Positions 1-7,663 of a stretch of 64,000 nt of DNA are shown piece after piece. The notes under the pieces are model-generated. The model did not search any database and was not told the origin of the DNA. It was given only the letters and a program-made list of their open reading frames with translations. The stretch is from a virus: positions 3,217 to 67,216 of IMG/VR virus record IMGVR_UViG_3300050343_000145. The stretch is one strand, 5' to 3'. Within the stretch, counting starts at the first letter, position 1. Each line of letters starts with the position of its first letter. A program made the translations under genes and the position numbers.

Positions 1-1
1 C

Positions 2-253
2 TAAAGCTGTAGCTTCCAATTCCATACCTTTCTCATCTTGAATAACTGCTGTGCTTTCAAGTATAGGCATAGGATCACTTGAGATTAATCTTTCTTTAAT
101 CCTTACTGATACTCCTAGCTCTAATAGATAGGGTTTAATTGATTCGAGAATGTCTTCGGCTGATCTGAAGTTGTATTTGCCGAATGAGTTAAATCTACTT
201 TTCTTCGATTTAAATTTTGTCTGAATGGTTGACAGTTTTTGGTTTAGGGTCAT
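2..253 (-). CDS. ERF-family ssDNA-annealing protein (runs off the window edge)
   Basis: Not in ORF track; manual translation from ATG at 253: MTLNQKLSTIQTKFKSKKSRFNSFGKYNFRSAEDILESIKPLL, matching the ERF N-terminal pattern (K..xNxFxxYxY/FRSxEDI). Confidence 0.8.
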   Translation of the reverse strand, partial: MTLNQKLSTIQTKFKSKKSRFNSFGKYNFRSAEDILESIKPYLLELGVSVRIKERLISSDPMPILESTAVIQDEKGMELEATAL

Positions 254-305
254 AATATATTATTACATGTTTTTAATTAAACTTAAATTCGTTATTTACC
301 GTAAC

Positions 306-1070
306 CTACAGATAATCAAGCACTTGCGAGCTATCTACGTTGTCGATTAGGGTTTGTATAGCATCACGTTTTATTTGTGAAATTCTTACATGAGCAGTGC
401 TCACACTAATTCCAACTTGAGTGGCTATATCGTTTGCAGAATGCTTATCACAGTCTAAACCGTAACTTAGCCTCAATACATCATATTGTCTTTCGTCTAA
501 ATGCGTTCGCATTAAACCTAGCAAATAAGTATTTAATAAAGCTATGTTATATGGTTCGGATTTGTCTATTACTTGGTAAGCTAAATTTTCATCATCGTTA
601 GGGCTAGCATCGATTGAAGAGAATACTGAATTAAAGAACATCGCAACCATTTTTTCATCTTTAGGATTGCGTCTGATTTCATTTAACTTATGTTCTGGTA
701 TTCTTATGTCGCCTCTACAATTGTCTACGGCTCTTCGTATTGCGCCCTTAATTCTTTTTGATAAGAACGATTTAATTGTTTTTTCTTGATCCTCAGACTC
801 AGATAAAATAGCTCTGTCAATTTTAGACACTGCCGCTGTTAAGCCAATGTTTCCTTCTTGAAACAAATCCATTATACTTAAAACTCCCGACGCTTGATCT
901 GCTGTAGATTGTTTCATTGCAAGTGTAATTACCAGGGGTAAAAAATTAGTAATAATTTCTTGATCGGTTAAAAGTGTATAATCGCCATCAATTGGTTTTT
1001 TAACTTTTTCAATTGCTGCTTCAACTTCGTTTTTATATCTGACGTAATTTTGAATATTAAATTTTCTCAT
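306..1070 (-). CDS. Phage sigma-70-family RNA polymerase sigma factor
   Basis: Region 2 (NFLPLVITLA...DLFQEGNIGLTAAV...IKGAIRRAV), IRIP motif, region 4 HTH (LDERQYDVLRLSYGL...RISQIKRDAIQTL). Confidence 0.88.
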   Translation of the reverse strand: MRKFNIQNYVRYKNEVEAAIEKVKKPIDGDYTLLTDQEIITNFLPLVITLAMKQSTADQASGVLSIMDLFQEGNIGLTAAVSKIDRAILSESEDQEKTIKSFLSKRIKGAIRRAVDNCRGDIRIPEHKLNEIRRNPKDEKMVAMFFNSVFSSIDASPNDDENLAYQVIDKSEPYNIALLNTYLLGLMRTHLDERQYDVLRLSYGLDCDKHSANDIATQVGISVSTAHVRISQIKRDAIQTLIDNVDSSQVLDYL

Positions 1071-1705
1071 AATTCTTTGTTCAATAATTGTTTTTCAAGT
1101 TTTAGTTGATTGCCCATATTTCTGTGTATTGTTCTTGTGGTACAACTTAATAACTTGGCTAGTTTACTTATTGTTATCTTTTGTTTTTCGTGGTTGAGGT
1201 CAAGCATACATTGGTATATGTCGTCTTCTGAAACTTTTTTACCTTTACCAATTAGTTTACCTACTATGCTTAGCTTCTGTGATAATGTTAAACCCGTACC
1301 GTGTTTGAATATTACTTTACGTATTCGATTACGAGGAGGTGTATCACCGATGCCAAGCACTTCATTAATCATATTGTCAAGTATTTTTTGTTTCATAAAG
1401 AATGTAACAAAACCGTTTTCTTTGTCTGCAATAAAATTAAATATAGATCGCATATCGTCATCAAGTGAAACATCATCTCCTTCGATGCCATCTGCATTTA
1501 AATAGTATAAAACTAAAAAATGCCACTTTAATGATTTATATGTGGTTATCTTTGCTTTACTGCGAAATAGATTGTAGCATTGGAACGTACCTTCCGCGTA
1601 GTAATCATATAGATTAGTTGATTCGGTTGGTAGGTCTGAGATAGGGTTACGGTAATATATAACTTGCCTATCGTTCAGCCACTTTAAGTTTCTATCTTGT
1701 GACAT
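1067..1705 (-). CDS. DNA-binding protein with C-terminal HTH (regulator or Rep-like initiator)
   Basis: C-terminal KITISKLAKLLSCTTRTIHRNM is a classic HTH; 4-nt overlap with the sigma gene. Confidence 0.65.
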   Translation of the reverse strand: MSQDRNLKWLNDRQVIYYRNPISDLPTESTNLYDYYAEGTFQCYNLFRSKAKITTYKSLKWHFLVLYYLNADGIEGDDVSLDDDMRSIFNFIADKENGFVTFFMKQKILDNMINEVLGIGDTPPRNRIRKVIFKHGTGLTLSQKLSIVGKLIGKGKKVSEDDIYQCMLDLNHEKQKITISKLAKLLSCTTRTIHRNMGNQLKLEKQLLNKEL

Positions 1706-1744
1706 TAGCTTACTACTAATTATTATTTATTAGCTTTCGTCGCT
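1698..1744. promoter_or_regulatory. ~47-bp imperfect dyad, copy 1
   Basis: TGTGACATTAGCTTACTACTAATTATTATTTATTAGCTTTCGTCGCT; aligns with the reverse complements of 8429-8476 and 8972-9017; overlaps the ATG of the HTH gene. Confidence 0.7.
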
Positions 1745-1836
1745 CTTCTCGGCTTTTGAAATTTCTTTACTTTGTTTGCAATGTTAAAAACATTTGCATT
1801 TATTAAATGCTTTGCATTTTTTGTTGTTTTACTCAT
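1723..1836 (-). CDS. Small basic protein (37 aa)
   Basis: Manual translation MSKTTKNAKHLINANVFNIANKVKKFQKPRRATKANK; fills the gap between neighbouring genes. Confidence 0.5.
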   Translation of the reverse strand: MSKTTKNAKHLINANVFNIANKVKKFQKPRRATKANK

Positions 1837-2178
1837 TTAATTCAATTTTAATGTTATTCCATTTTCCCATAGTGCCAACGTTAACAAGAAAGTCAATACG
1901 TTTAGTAAAACGTTTATTCATTCTGTCTTGTACGGTCCAGTCACCATCAAATTCTTACTTATTCCTTCTATGCAGACACTCGCTCCAAACGTGTAACCCA
2001 ACTTTTCAAGGTCTCGAGAAACCGCAATCCATCTGTGCCCAGCAGGGTTATCAGGATTAATATGTTTCATTGAGGCAGTGACGAATGGAGTGCTGTCTGT
2101 CTGTTCAATTACCGCATGGTAAACCGTAGCGGTCACTAACTCCCCGAGGAATAGTGTTAAAATTATAAGCTGTTTCAT
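1829..2178 (-). CDS. 3D-domain (MltA-like/DPBB) exported protein, frameshifted near 1955
   Basis: Signal-like N-terminus, VTATVY...QTDSTPFVTAS...IAVSRDL; continues in another frame as WTVQDRMNKRFTKRIDFLV, supplying the remaining conserved aspartates. Confidence 0.75.
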
Positions 2179-2635
2179 TCTTATTTATTATTTTTGCTTT
2201 TTCGATTATATAATACGTCCAATACCCGTGTATAGCATTTGACCGTTTGAACTCGTCAGGCATACACTGTGGTGGTTGCTCAAACTTGTTGCCAAGTGGC
2301 ATACCTACAGGACAGTTTTTTAATACATCAAAACATTTCTCAATACTTAAATGTCGTTTGTTATATCGTTTAGTGTACTCATTACCGAGTGCTAGCATGT
2401 GTTCAAATAACCAATAGTACTGTGCACTTGTTTCACGGCACCATATACTTGAAGGGTGATTGTAATGTGCTTTTTTATATGGTATATAAGAAGCATCATA
2501 ATCTCGCTCTTCTGCATAATGATGATGGGCCGTACAGAGCATTTGGGCGCTCTCTAAGATCATTTTAACTTTGTGTTTGTCATAAACATAACTCGCTGCT
2601 AAATGAGGGTCGTCGTGTAAATAAAATATATTCAT
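2105..2635 (-). CDS. Pyrimidine-dimer DNA glycosylase/DenV-like protein
   Basis: MNIFYL...DKHKVKMILESAQMLCTAH...HYNHPSSIW...EYTKRYNKRH signature. Confidence 0.8.
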   Translation of the reverse strand: MNIFYLHDDPHLAASYVYDKHKVKMILESAQMLCTAHHHYAEERDYDASYIPYKKAHYNHPSSIWCRETSAQYYWLFEHMLALGNEYTKRYNKRHLSIEKCFDVLKNCPVGMPLGNKFEQPPQCMPDEFKRSNAIHGYWTYYIIEKAKIINKNETAYNFNTIPRGVSDRYGLPCGN

Positions 2636-2725
2636 GCTTTATTAACTCTATTATAGTGTGTGTCTAATAATATGTTAGCAACTTCTATGCTTATCATATT
2701 TTCGTTGTATAATTGCCATATAACT

Positions 2726-2839
2726 TTACTCATAATTGTATATTTCTTCAAGTTCACATAATAACATTTCATCTATTTCTTCTATAGAAAACCTATAAAA
2801 GTTTCGGTGTGTGTATGCTCTAGTCCAAGGATTATTCAT
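2726..2839 (-). CDS. Small hypothetical protein (37 aa)
   Basis: Internal ATG of track ORF 2726..2932 (MNNPWTRAY...), overlapping the ligase stop. Confidence 0.5.
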   Translation of the reverse strand: MNNPWTRAYTHRNFYRFSIEEIDEMLLCELEEIYNYE

Positions 2840-3680
2840 AATTTCTAATGGTTTTAAATAGTGGGTGTCTGTAACTACCGGCTTTAGTACGTTCGAAATA
2901 AGTGAATGTAGCTTTTTGGCCAATGTAGTCATGAATATTATTAAGCATATTAGCTAAATCTTTGTAAGTGTAGCCTTTACCGGGAGGGCAACCGAATCTG
3001 TTACCGTCGTCGTCCATCATTAAGAACTTACCGAGTGTGCCTTCACGTTTACCTTTACCGATTTCGTAACCAACAATAGTAGCTTCGGTGTCGCTGAAGT
3101 CTTTAAACTTTTGTAAGTTATAAGATCGTTTTTGTTCGTAAGGTTTATCAAGACGTAATATAGAACCTTCATAACCACTGTTTAGATTGTACTGGTGGAT
3201 TATGTTTGCAGCGTCTTTGGATAAAGCGTGCTTAGTTTCTACATACTTTACGCAGTAAGAATACATATCACTTGTAACAAGTTGATTCATTCTGTAACCG
3301 TATGGTTGATTCATCACAGTCTCTATATAGTCGTAGCAGTGAAACTGTATCATTTTACTTGCTTCAGCTCTATCAGATGCTGTTGGTTTTTGTTTTCTAA
3401 CTAATGATATAATCTTTTCGAAATCATCCCTTAGATCGTGGTTATATAATTCGCCATCAAGTACAACATCAGGTTGTTGCGTAAAGAAATAGTGCAACGA
3501 GTTTGTAATGTGGGCTATATTAAAAAATTGTTTACCTGTACGTGAGTGGGCTACAACTTCGTTGTTGTCATCGAGTTGTATAATGCAACGCACGCCGTCA
3601 AGCTTAGGTTGAATGTATACTTTCTCGGACCAGTCGACAGGTTTTTTGTCTACTTTGTATGCGAGCATTGGTTTTATCAT
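2832..3680 (-). CDS. ATP-dependent DNA ligase
   Basis: Motif I QPKLDGVR, LDGELY, FHCYD, GYEGSILR, YEQKRS..LQKFK, C-terminal OB fold (GTLG...YRHP). Confidence 0.95.
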   Translation of the reverse strand: MIKPMLAYKVDKKPVDWSEKVYIQPKLDGVRCIIQLDDNNEVVAHSRTGKQFFNIAHITNSLHYFFTQQPDVVLDGELYNHDLRDDFEKIISLVRKQKPTASDRAEASKMIQFHCYDYIETVMNQPYGYRMNQLVTSDMYSYCVKYVETKHALSKDAANIIHQYNLNSGYEGSILRLDKPYEQKRSYNLQKFKDFSDTEATIVGYEIGKGKREGTLGKFLMMDDDGNRFGCPPGKGYTYKDLANMLNNIHDYIGQKATFTYFERTKAGSYRHPLFKTIRNYE

Positions 3681-3934
3681 AATTCTTTTTTTATTTTTTC
3701 TATTCTTTTTTTAATTAGGGCAGCTTGTTCGTATTCTTCGTTGGCTTCGTACTCTTTCATTACACTTGTTAAACTTTGTATTTCTTCAAGCAATAAATCA
3801 TTTGTACTATAATATTTAGAGTCCTGTTGTCGCACGACATCAAGCCCGTAAGTTGCCGTTTCAGGATTTATAAACTCATTGTATAAATCGGTACGTATTC
3901 GGCGGTATAGCATTTTGTATTCGTCGTCTGTCAT
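3677..3934 (-). CDS. Small protein with C-terminal UVR (UvrB/UvrC) coiled-coil motif
   Basis: MKEYEANEEYEQAALIKKRIEKI fits the UVR pattern. Confidence 0.6.
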   Translation of the reverse strand: MTDDEYKMLYRRIRTDLYNEFINPETATYGLDVVRQQDSKYYSTNDLLLEEIQSLTSVMKEYEANEEYEQAALIKKRIEKIKKEL

Positions 3935-3941
3935 ATATTAT

Positions 3942-3973
3942 TATTATCCGTGTTTGATCGTGTTTAGTCTGTA
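3942..3973 (-). promoter_or_regulatory. Putative phage early promoter, copy A
   Basis: Minus strand TACAGACTAAACACGA-N8-GGATAATA, just upstream of ATG at 3934. Confidence 0.75.
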
Positions 3974-4350
3974 TTGTTTAATTCTTTTTCAGATTCAATT
4001 CTGTCTTGTACTATTATATATTGTTCATGAAGTAAATCGTCAATGTATAATTCGTCGTAAATTTCTTCATCAACGAATATATCAAGACCATCTTTAACAC
4101 AACTTATAATTTCATCAACTAATCCGGTAGCATAGTAATAAACATTTTCAGGGTTGAAACCATAATCGTCGTTTGCATGAGCCCAATATACTGTATAAGA
4201 GTCTGCAGTATATACAGATTCAAAAATATAGTCACAAGTATTAGTTCCCATATAATCGGTTGTTATTTTAGAGTTGTAATAATCTAATATCCAAGTCTTT
4301 GCTTCTTCGGGTGTGACATCGTGCATGTCTTCTTTATATATTTTTTCCAT
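3964..4350 (-). CDS. Hypothetical acidic protein
   Basis: 128-aa ORF packed in operon. Confidence 0.75.
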   Translation of the reverse strand: MEKIYKEDMHDVTPEEAKTWILDYYNSKITTDYMGTNTCDYIFESVYTADSYTVYWAHANDDYGFNPENVYYYATGLVDEIISCVKDGLDIFVDEEIYDELYIDDLLHEQYIIVQDRIESEKELNNTD

Positions 4351-4351
4351 A

Positions 4352-4600
4352 TTAATCTAGTAATACCATATAGGCTTTAGGGTTATTTTTTCTAAACCAT
4401 GACAAACCGTCTTGCCAGTTTTTTACTGTTATATCAGTTAAAGTGTCAGGGGTTATCATTGCACACCCCATAACAAAGTCGTACATACTTAATTCTAAGT
4501 TATTAAGTTCGTAGCTTTCGCCAGAGAATGGATTTGTTACACTATCGCCTTGATCGTATACGGTTCCATTAAACCATTTAGGTAATTTATTTTGTTTCAT
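4352..4600 (-). CDS. Hypothetical phage protein
   Basis: 82-aa ORF with 1-nt spacing to neighbours; ends WFRKNNPKAYMVLLD. Confidence 0.75.
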   Translation of the reverse strand: MKQNKLPKWFNGTVYDQGDSVTNPFSGESYELNNLELSMYDFVMGCAMITPDTLTDITVKNWQDGLSWFRKNNPKAYMVLLD

Positions 4601-4601
4601 A

Positions 4602-5075
4602 TTAACATTGTTTACATACTGTGAATTTCTCTTCTTTCCATTGCGTATAGCCCATTCCGGGTTCAGCGTATTTTTCTATTATTGTGTTAGGACTGCCAAC
4701 AAATATATTTTGATTAGAGTAGTTATCCCAACAACTTAACCATACATCAGGCTTGCCAACCCATATAATCCATGTATAATGGTGGTCAATTGATGTGACA
4801 CTAGGGTATAAGTACTGACTGTTGTAGTGGAAGTCGTGTACTAAGTGGCTTGCAATTCTTGATCCATCACCAAAGTTGTTAAAACCTTGGTCTTTTTGCA
4901 TGTAGTTTACCCAGTTAGCTAGCTCAACACCACGCCACGAAGGGTAACCATCATGGTGCATGTACATGTTTACATAGCTATCGTCTTTAACTTTTTCGGG
5001 ATTAACTGCGAAGCCTGCTTCAAATTGTTTTGCTTCTGATCGATTTACGACCATTGTTACGTTTCTAGTACTCAT
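4602..5075 (-). CDS. Conserved phage early protein (YxHxDGYP motif)
   Basis: MSTR N-terminus and YMHHDGYPSWRG motif, typical of a widespread phage family of unknown function. Confidence 0.75.
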   Translation of the reverse strand: MSTRNVTMVVNRSEAKQFEAGFAVNPEKVKDDSYVNMYMHHDGYPSWRGVELANWVNYMQKDQGFNNFGDGSRIASHLVHDFHYNSQYLYPSVTSIDHHYTWIIWVGKPDVWLSCWDNYSNQNIFVGSPNTIIEKYAEPGMGYTQWKEEKFTVCKQC

Positions 5076-5076
5076 A

Positions 5077-5295
5077 TTATTTAATTAGGGATGATAAGTA
5101 TAACCATACTTGTTTTTGTTTGTATAAACCGCTTAAAATACTTTCGTGCATTTCAACAGTGATACCAACTTTAGATAATGTTTTGTTATCTATGTTTTCC
5201 TGACAGTCTTTAATCTCATTTTCAAGGTGGCATAAGTTTGCAAAAACTTTACAGACTGCTCGCTCTTTCGTTTCTTTAAGGTGATCAACATTCAT
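5077..5295 (-). CDS. Hypothetical protein
   Basis: 72-aa ORF with overlapping stop/start. Confidence 0.7.
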   Translation of the reverse strand: MNVDHLKETKERAVCKVFANLCHLENEIKDCQENIDNKTLSKVGITVEMHESILSGLYKQKQVWLYLSSLIK

Positions 5296-5522
5296 TAGTC
5301 TTTAATTATTATATTGTCGCCGTATAGCACAGAATCAATTGATCTGTCGTAAAAGTCTGCCCACGTTTGTAGTTGTCTGACGTCGTCAACAGTTAATTGA
5401 TACCACGCCGTGTGACTCATTAGTCTGTATTTTAGTTGTTTAGCGGTGGCATATTCCCTCGCATTTGCATTTAGATTTTTCTTTAATTCAGGAAATAATC
5501 TTTGGTAAAGTGATTTGCTCAT
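5295..5522 (-). CDS. Hypothetical protein
   Basis: 75-aa ORF directly downstream of promoter copy B. Confidence 0.7.
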   Translation of the reverse strand: MSKSLYQRLFPELKKNLNANAREYATAKQLKYRLMSHTAWYQLTVDDVRQLQTWADFYDRSIDSVLYGDNIIIKD

Positions 5523-5549
5523 AATTTAATTTTATTTAGTTTACATTTA

Positions 5550-5581
5550 TATTATCCGTTTGTATTCGTATTTAGTTTGTA
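5550..5581 (-). promoter_or_regulatory. Putative phage early promoter, copy B
   Basis: TACAAACTAAATACGA-N8-GGATAATA. Confidence 0.8.
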
Positions 5582-5737
5582 TTAAACCATTTCTTCAATC
5601 ACACCGATTAACTCGCTGATTATCAATACTATAGTTGCCGCTATTATGTTGAAAGGTATTAGCGCATACCCGCCAATTCTTACTGTACTCTTCAGAATCG
5701 ACACATAAAAATGTTTCGTTGCATTTGGATATTTCAT
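5582..5737 (-). CDS. Small membrane protein (51 aa)
   Basis: Manual translation MKYPNATKHFYVSILKSTVRIGGYALIPFNIIAATIVLIISELIGVIEEMV; starts just after the tRNA. Confidence 0.65.
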   Translation of the reverse strand: MKYPNATKHFYVSILKSTVRIGGYALIPFNIIAATIVLIISELIGVIEEMV

Positions 5738-5740
5738 TAG

Positions 5741-5812
<72 letters not shown>

Positions 5813-5817
5813 TTTAG

Positions 5818-5899
5818 TGGAAGTGGGCGGAGTCGAACCGCCGTTTGAGATGTCGTGTACCGCAATCAAGCGAACAGTCTCACTTACCATATCACTCCC
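5818..5899 (-). ncRNA. 82-nt tmRNA-TLD-like / atypical alanyl tRNA-like RNA
   Basis: GGGAGTG/CACTTCC acceptor with G3:U70 and A73; perfect T arm GGCGG-TTCGACT-CCGCC; no D stem; TGAGA/TCTCA helix followed by AAC linker. Confidence 0.75.
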
Positions 5900-5904
5900 T
5901 AAAA

Positions 5905-6149
5905 AGGTGAGGCGGACAGCACTGGAAAGTTAATCTGTTTATACTGTCTTTCTGGCAATTCACTTATGTGTAAGTTAGTGTAGCGTCTGGAAATTCATCA
6001 AACAATTATTAAGTGTAATACACTCCCGTCTTCTTTTGGGTAATTACTCCCTAGAATTCACATACACTTATAATTGGCTTCAAATCCTTCTTAGCTTCCT
6101 ATTTCTTACCTAATTAAGCTACTCGTCCTTCCAACCTTAAACCTCACCT
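5905..6149 (-). ncRNA. Candidate ~245-nt structured RNA
   Basis: No plausible ORF; ends pair (AGGTGAGG/CCTCACCT); internal stems TAGCTT/AAGCTA, CAATTATAAGTGTA/TACACTTAATAATTG, GACAGTAT/GTGCTGTC. Confidence 0.6.
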
Positions 6150-6152
6150 ATA

Positions 6153-6341
6153 TTATTTTCTGCGCCAAGCTCGGTGAACGGAATCGCTCACCTCTTGACT
6201 CACTATCTGTATTGTGTTACCTGTTTTATGTGCTATTATAGGTACATAAGAATAGGTTTGGGTTGTTGAACAAGGCATACAAGTTCTATATCCTAATTTG
6301 ATTCGTACTTCGTGTACTTTGTCGCCGCATTTACAATACAT
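6153..6341 (-). CDS. Small C4 zinc-finger protein (DksA/TraR-finger-like)
   Basis: CKCG...RIKLGYRTCMPCS. Confidence 0.7.
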   Translation of the reverse strand: MYCKCGDKVHEVRIKLGYRTCMPCSTTQTYSYVPIIAHKTGNTIQIVSQEVSDSVHRAWRRK

Positions 6342-6368
6342 ATATTAATTTTTTATTTGTTACATTTA

Positions 6369-6400
6369 TATTATCCAATACTAGTCGTATTTAGTTTGTA
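6369..6400 (-). promoter_or_regulatory. Putative phage early promoter, copy C
   Basis: TACAAACTAAATACGA-N8-GGATAATA; would drive the zinc-finger gene and the RNA cluster. Confidence 0.8.
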
Positions 6401-6509
6401 TCCATTGTGGAATACCTGAGTTGTATCGTTCCCAATACTGTTGTTCCGCTGCAATTATTTGTGCTTGCAGTAATTTGTGGTGGCTAAACTTTCTCTTTCG
6501 TTTGTTCAT
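6381..6509 (-). CDS. Microprotein (42 aa)
   Basis: Manual translation MNKRKRKFSHHKLLQAQIIAAEQQYWERYNSGIPQWIQTKYD. Confidence 0.5.
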   Translation of the reverse strand: MNKRKRKFSHHKLLQAQIIAAEQQYWERYNSGIPQWIQTKYD

Positions 6510-6675
6510 ATAGTTTTCTTATTGCTAGGTTCATGACGTGCGAATGTATAGCGTTGTAGTTATCGCCTTCCGCTTCATACTCTGATAGTTGCCAATCAAT
6601 ACTATCATACATTAATTCTTTAGTGACGTCTGCAATACCCTGTGCAATATCGTCTAATTCTTTCATTTTACTCAT
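6484..6675 (-). CDS. Hypothetical protein
   Basis: 63-aa ORF. Confidence 0.7.
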   Translation of the reverse strand: MSKMKELDDIAQGIADVTKELMYDSIDWQLSEYEAEGDNYNAIHSHVMNLAIRKLYEQTKEKV

Positions 6676-6790
6676 TATTTTTATATTTTTTGTATTCTTC
6701 TTGTGTTACCCATTTATCAATTTCTGATATAAATACCATTTCATCTCTAAATATTAATCCATTAAAGTTACCTTGTTCTAAAAATCTCAT
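6668..6790 (-). CDS. Microprotein (40 aa)
   Basis: Manual translation MRFLEQGNFNGLIFRDEMVFISEIDKWVTQEEYKKYKNNE; tightly coupled to neighbours. Confidence 0.55.
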   Translation of the reverse strand: MRFLEQGNFNGLIFRDEMVFISEIDKWVTQEEYKKYKNNE

Positions 6791-6791
6791 A

Positions 6792-6905
6792 CTATATATT
6801 ATTTAGTAATTCATCTTTGTCGAAACCTTGCTCTATTGCAAACTCTAGTGATCCTTCACCGAACTTTTCTTCGAACAACCGTTCTAATTCTTCTGTATTA
6901 TTCAT
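6792..6905 (-). CDS. Acidic microprotein (37 aa)
   Basis: Manual translation MNNTEELERLFEEKFGEGSLEFAIEQGFDKDELLNNI. Confidence 0.55.
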   Translation of the reverse strand: MNNTEELERLFEEKFGEGSLEFAIEQGFDKDELLNNI

Positions 6906-7116
6906 TGTAATAAGGTTTTAAGTAGTTAGTGTTATAATTAATTGATTTTGCTACATTTTGTCTGAATTGCCACTCGTTTTTTCTGTATTCATAGCTTTGA
7001 CACCATTTTTTCGTTGCAGTTACTTGTGGTATTGTACCGTATTTGGCTTCATAGTCAAGACATTGCTGTAGTTTGGCTTGTATTAATTCAGGTTTGTAGT
7101 CTTTAAATTTATTCAT
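6898..7116 (-). CDS. Hypothetical protein
   Basis: Track ORF 6898..7122 with ATG at 7116, downstream of promoter copy D. Confidence 0.7.
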   Translation of the reverse strand: MNKFKDYKPELIQAKLQQCLDYEAKYGTIPQVTATKKWCQSYEYRKNEWQFRQNVAKSINYNTNYLKPYYNE

Positions 7117-7125
7117 ATTCAATTA

Positions 7126-7157
7126 TATTATCCGTTTTTGTTCGTGTCTAGTTTGTA
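7126..7157 (-). promoter_or_regulatory. Putative phage early promoter, copy D
   Basis: TACAAACTAGACACGA-N8-GGATAATA. Confidence 0.78.
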
Positions 7158-7385
7158 AGTCACACCTGAGTTGTTATAGTTCCATATTGTAGTATAACTA
7201 GGTTTCTTACGTTTACTGTAGTTGCTTTTTTGTTCAACTCGGTATCTTTTGTTACCCATACCACTGCAAGGTCCGTGTACTTTAGCCATCTCATAGTGAG
7301 AATGAGCTCGTTGTTTTCTTTTTGCTTTGGTAAATGCGAGGAGTTCTTTCATCGTCTTACATACATAGTAGGTTTTATTTGTCAT
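7128..7385 (-). CDS. Basic hypothetical protein
   Basis: Track ORF 7128..7433; likely start MTNKTYY at 7385. Confidence 0.6.
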   Translation of the reverse strand: MTNKTYYVCKTMKELLAFTKAKRKQRAHSHYEMAKVHGPCSGMGNKRYRVEQKSNYSKRKKPSYTTIWNYNNSGVTYKLDTNKNG

Positions 7386-7509
7386 AGTGTTCAAGTATTT
7401 CTTCGACTGCATTACTGAAGTCATGGTGATCAATTGTTTCTTCTCTTAACATTTTAGCATGGAAGTGCAGTTCGTTAAGTAGTTCGCGTAGTGTTTTATC
7501 TAGTATCAT
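7375..7509 (-). CDS. Microprotein (44 aa)
   Basis: Manual translation MILDKTLRELLNELHFHAKMLREETIDHHDFSNAVEEILEHYDK. Confidence 0.55.
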   Translation of the reverse strand: MILDKTLRELLNELHFHAKMLREETIDHHDFSNAVEEILEHYDK

Positions 7510-7616
7510 AATGTAAATCCGCCGTTGTTAAGTAAGTTAGTTAAGTAGATTACTGTTCCGATAAAGATTGCAAGGTTGTACTTTTGTACTGTAGTCATTT
7601 CGTTATTATTTTTCAT
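7506..7616 (-). CDS. Single-TM microprotein (36 aa)
   Basis: Manual translation MKNNNEMTTVQKYNLAIFIGTVIYLTNLLNNGGFTL; ATGA overlap with the next ORF. Confidence 0.55.
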   Translation of the reverse strand: MKNNNEMTTVQKYNLAIFIGTVIYLTNLLNNGGFTL

Positions 7617-7631
7617 ATTATTAATTTATTA

Positions 7632-7663
7632 TATTATCCGTTAGTTGTCGTATTTAGTTTGTG
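7632..7663 (-). promoter_or_regulatory. Putative phage early promoter, copy E
   Basis: CACAAACTAAATACGA-N8-GGATAATA. Confidence 0.78.

Noticed and set aside
5818-6149. Complete or circularly permuted tmRNA
   Set aside because: Both acceptor strands lie within 82 nt in normal order, and no convincing tag frame ending in LAA/AA-stop is present upstream (best is RLEGRVA*).
5905-6149. RNase P RNA or 6S RNA
   Set aside because: It lacks the GAGGAAAGUCC and CGGCUUA RNase P signatures, and the fold looks multibranched rather than a 6S-like rod; an Rfam search is needed to fully exclude these.
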